Assembly: GCA_026786185.1 (NCBI GenBank)
Contig: JAJAYP010000203.1
Location: 1 to 53,260 of the forward strand
Direction: 5' to 3'
Source of the DNA: Gemmatimonadaceae bacterium
Lineage (GTDB): Bacteria > Gemmatimonadota > Gemmatimonadetes > Gemmatimonadales > Gemmatimonadaceae
Length of the DNA: 53,260 nt
Shown: one piece after another, positions 53,132-53,260 of the stretch
Position numbering within the stretch: position 1 is the stretch's first letter
How the letters are laid out: each line of letters begins with the position of its first letter
The notes under the pieces: generated by a model
Database searches by the model: none
What the model was told of the DNA's origin: nothing
The model's input: the letters and a program-made list of their open reading frames with translations, nothing else
Position numbers and translations under genes: made by a program

Positions 53132-53260
53132 ACGCCGCGTTCCACGACACGCTGCTCAACCTGGCGGCGCATCCGGTCGGCTGGCCACTGGCCAGGCTCG
53201 CACGCCGCGTGGGCGGCGTGGTGCGAGTGCCCGGCCTGGGCATCGTGGTGAACGATGCCG
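53128..53260 (+). CDS. 5' end of an unidentified gene (partial, runs off the window); faintly cytochrome P450-like N-terminus
   Basis: There is an ATGA overlap with the GT2 stop. The frame is open to the window end: MNAAFHDTLLNLAAHPVGWPLARLARRVGGVVRVPGLGIVVNDA. Confidence 0.35.
   Translation, partial: MNAAFHDTLLNLAAHPVGWPLARLARRVGGVVRVPGLGIVVNDA

Overview
This is a GC-rich, gene-dense chromosomal segment from a diderm bacterium, shown by an Omp85/TamB pair, a porin and many lipobox signal peptides. The style would fit a Gemmatimonadota-like soil organism, but I cannot verify taxonomy from sequence alone. I call about 45 protein genes. They include a GGDEF-like/P-loop/TPR signalling protein, PBP1A, rho, TamA-like/TamB and a PQQ alcohol dehydrogenase with its cytochrome c. 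There is also an sdhCAB operon, a porin, an Ntn acylase, a PQQ sugar dehydrogenase and a GMC oxidoreductase with a Tat small subunit. The remainder includes moeZ, a desaturase and a FabH-like/GT2 lipid cluster. I recognised no rRNA, tRNA, CRISPR, transposase, integrase or phage genes. Most long antisense ORFs in the track are GC-driven artefacts. The best candidate for an uncharacterised system is a two-gene lipoprotein module, a Met/His-rich DUF305 protein plus a Cys-rich LVIVD-type beta-propeller. It occurs twice (34.1-36.7 kb and 46.5-49.2 kb), and both copies are bordered by truncated genes. Other notable points: (1) a tandem ~238-bp repeat array forming three long hairpins, 45.86-46.40 kb; (2) a multiply lesioned GH43 pseudogene with an in-frame TGA; (3) a deletion scar joining a BNR-propeller fragment to the 3' half of a moaD/cysO-like gene coupled to moeZ; (4) two apparent gene fusions, LysR-LysR and desaturase-M23 peptidase; (5) an XoxF-type lanthanide signature (DYD) in the PQQ dehydrogenase; (6) a 22-nt cis element shared by two nearby promoters; (7) an 18-bp perfect palindrome in the desaturase/FabH divergent promoter. 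All functional calls rest on motifs I recognised by eye; no database search was run.
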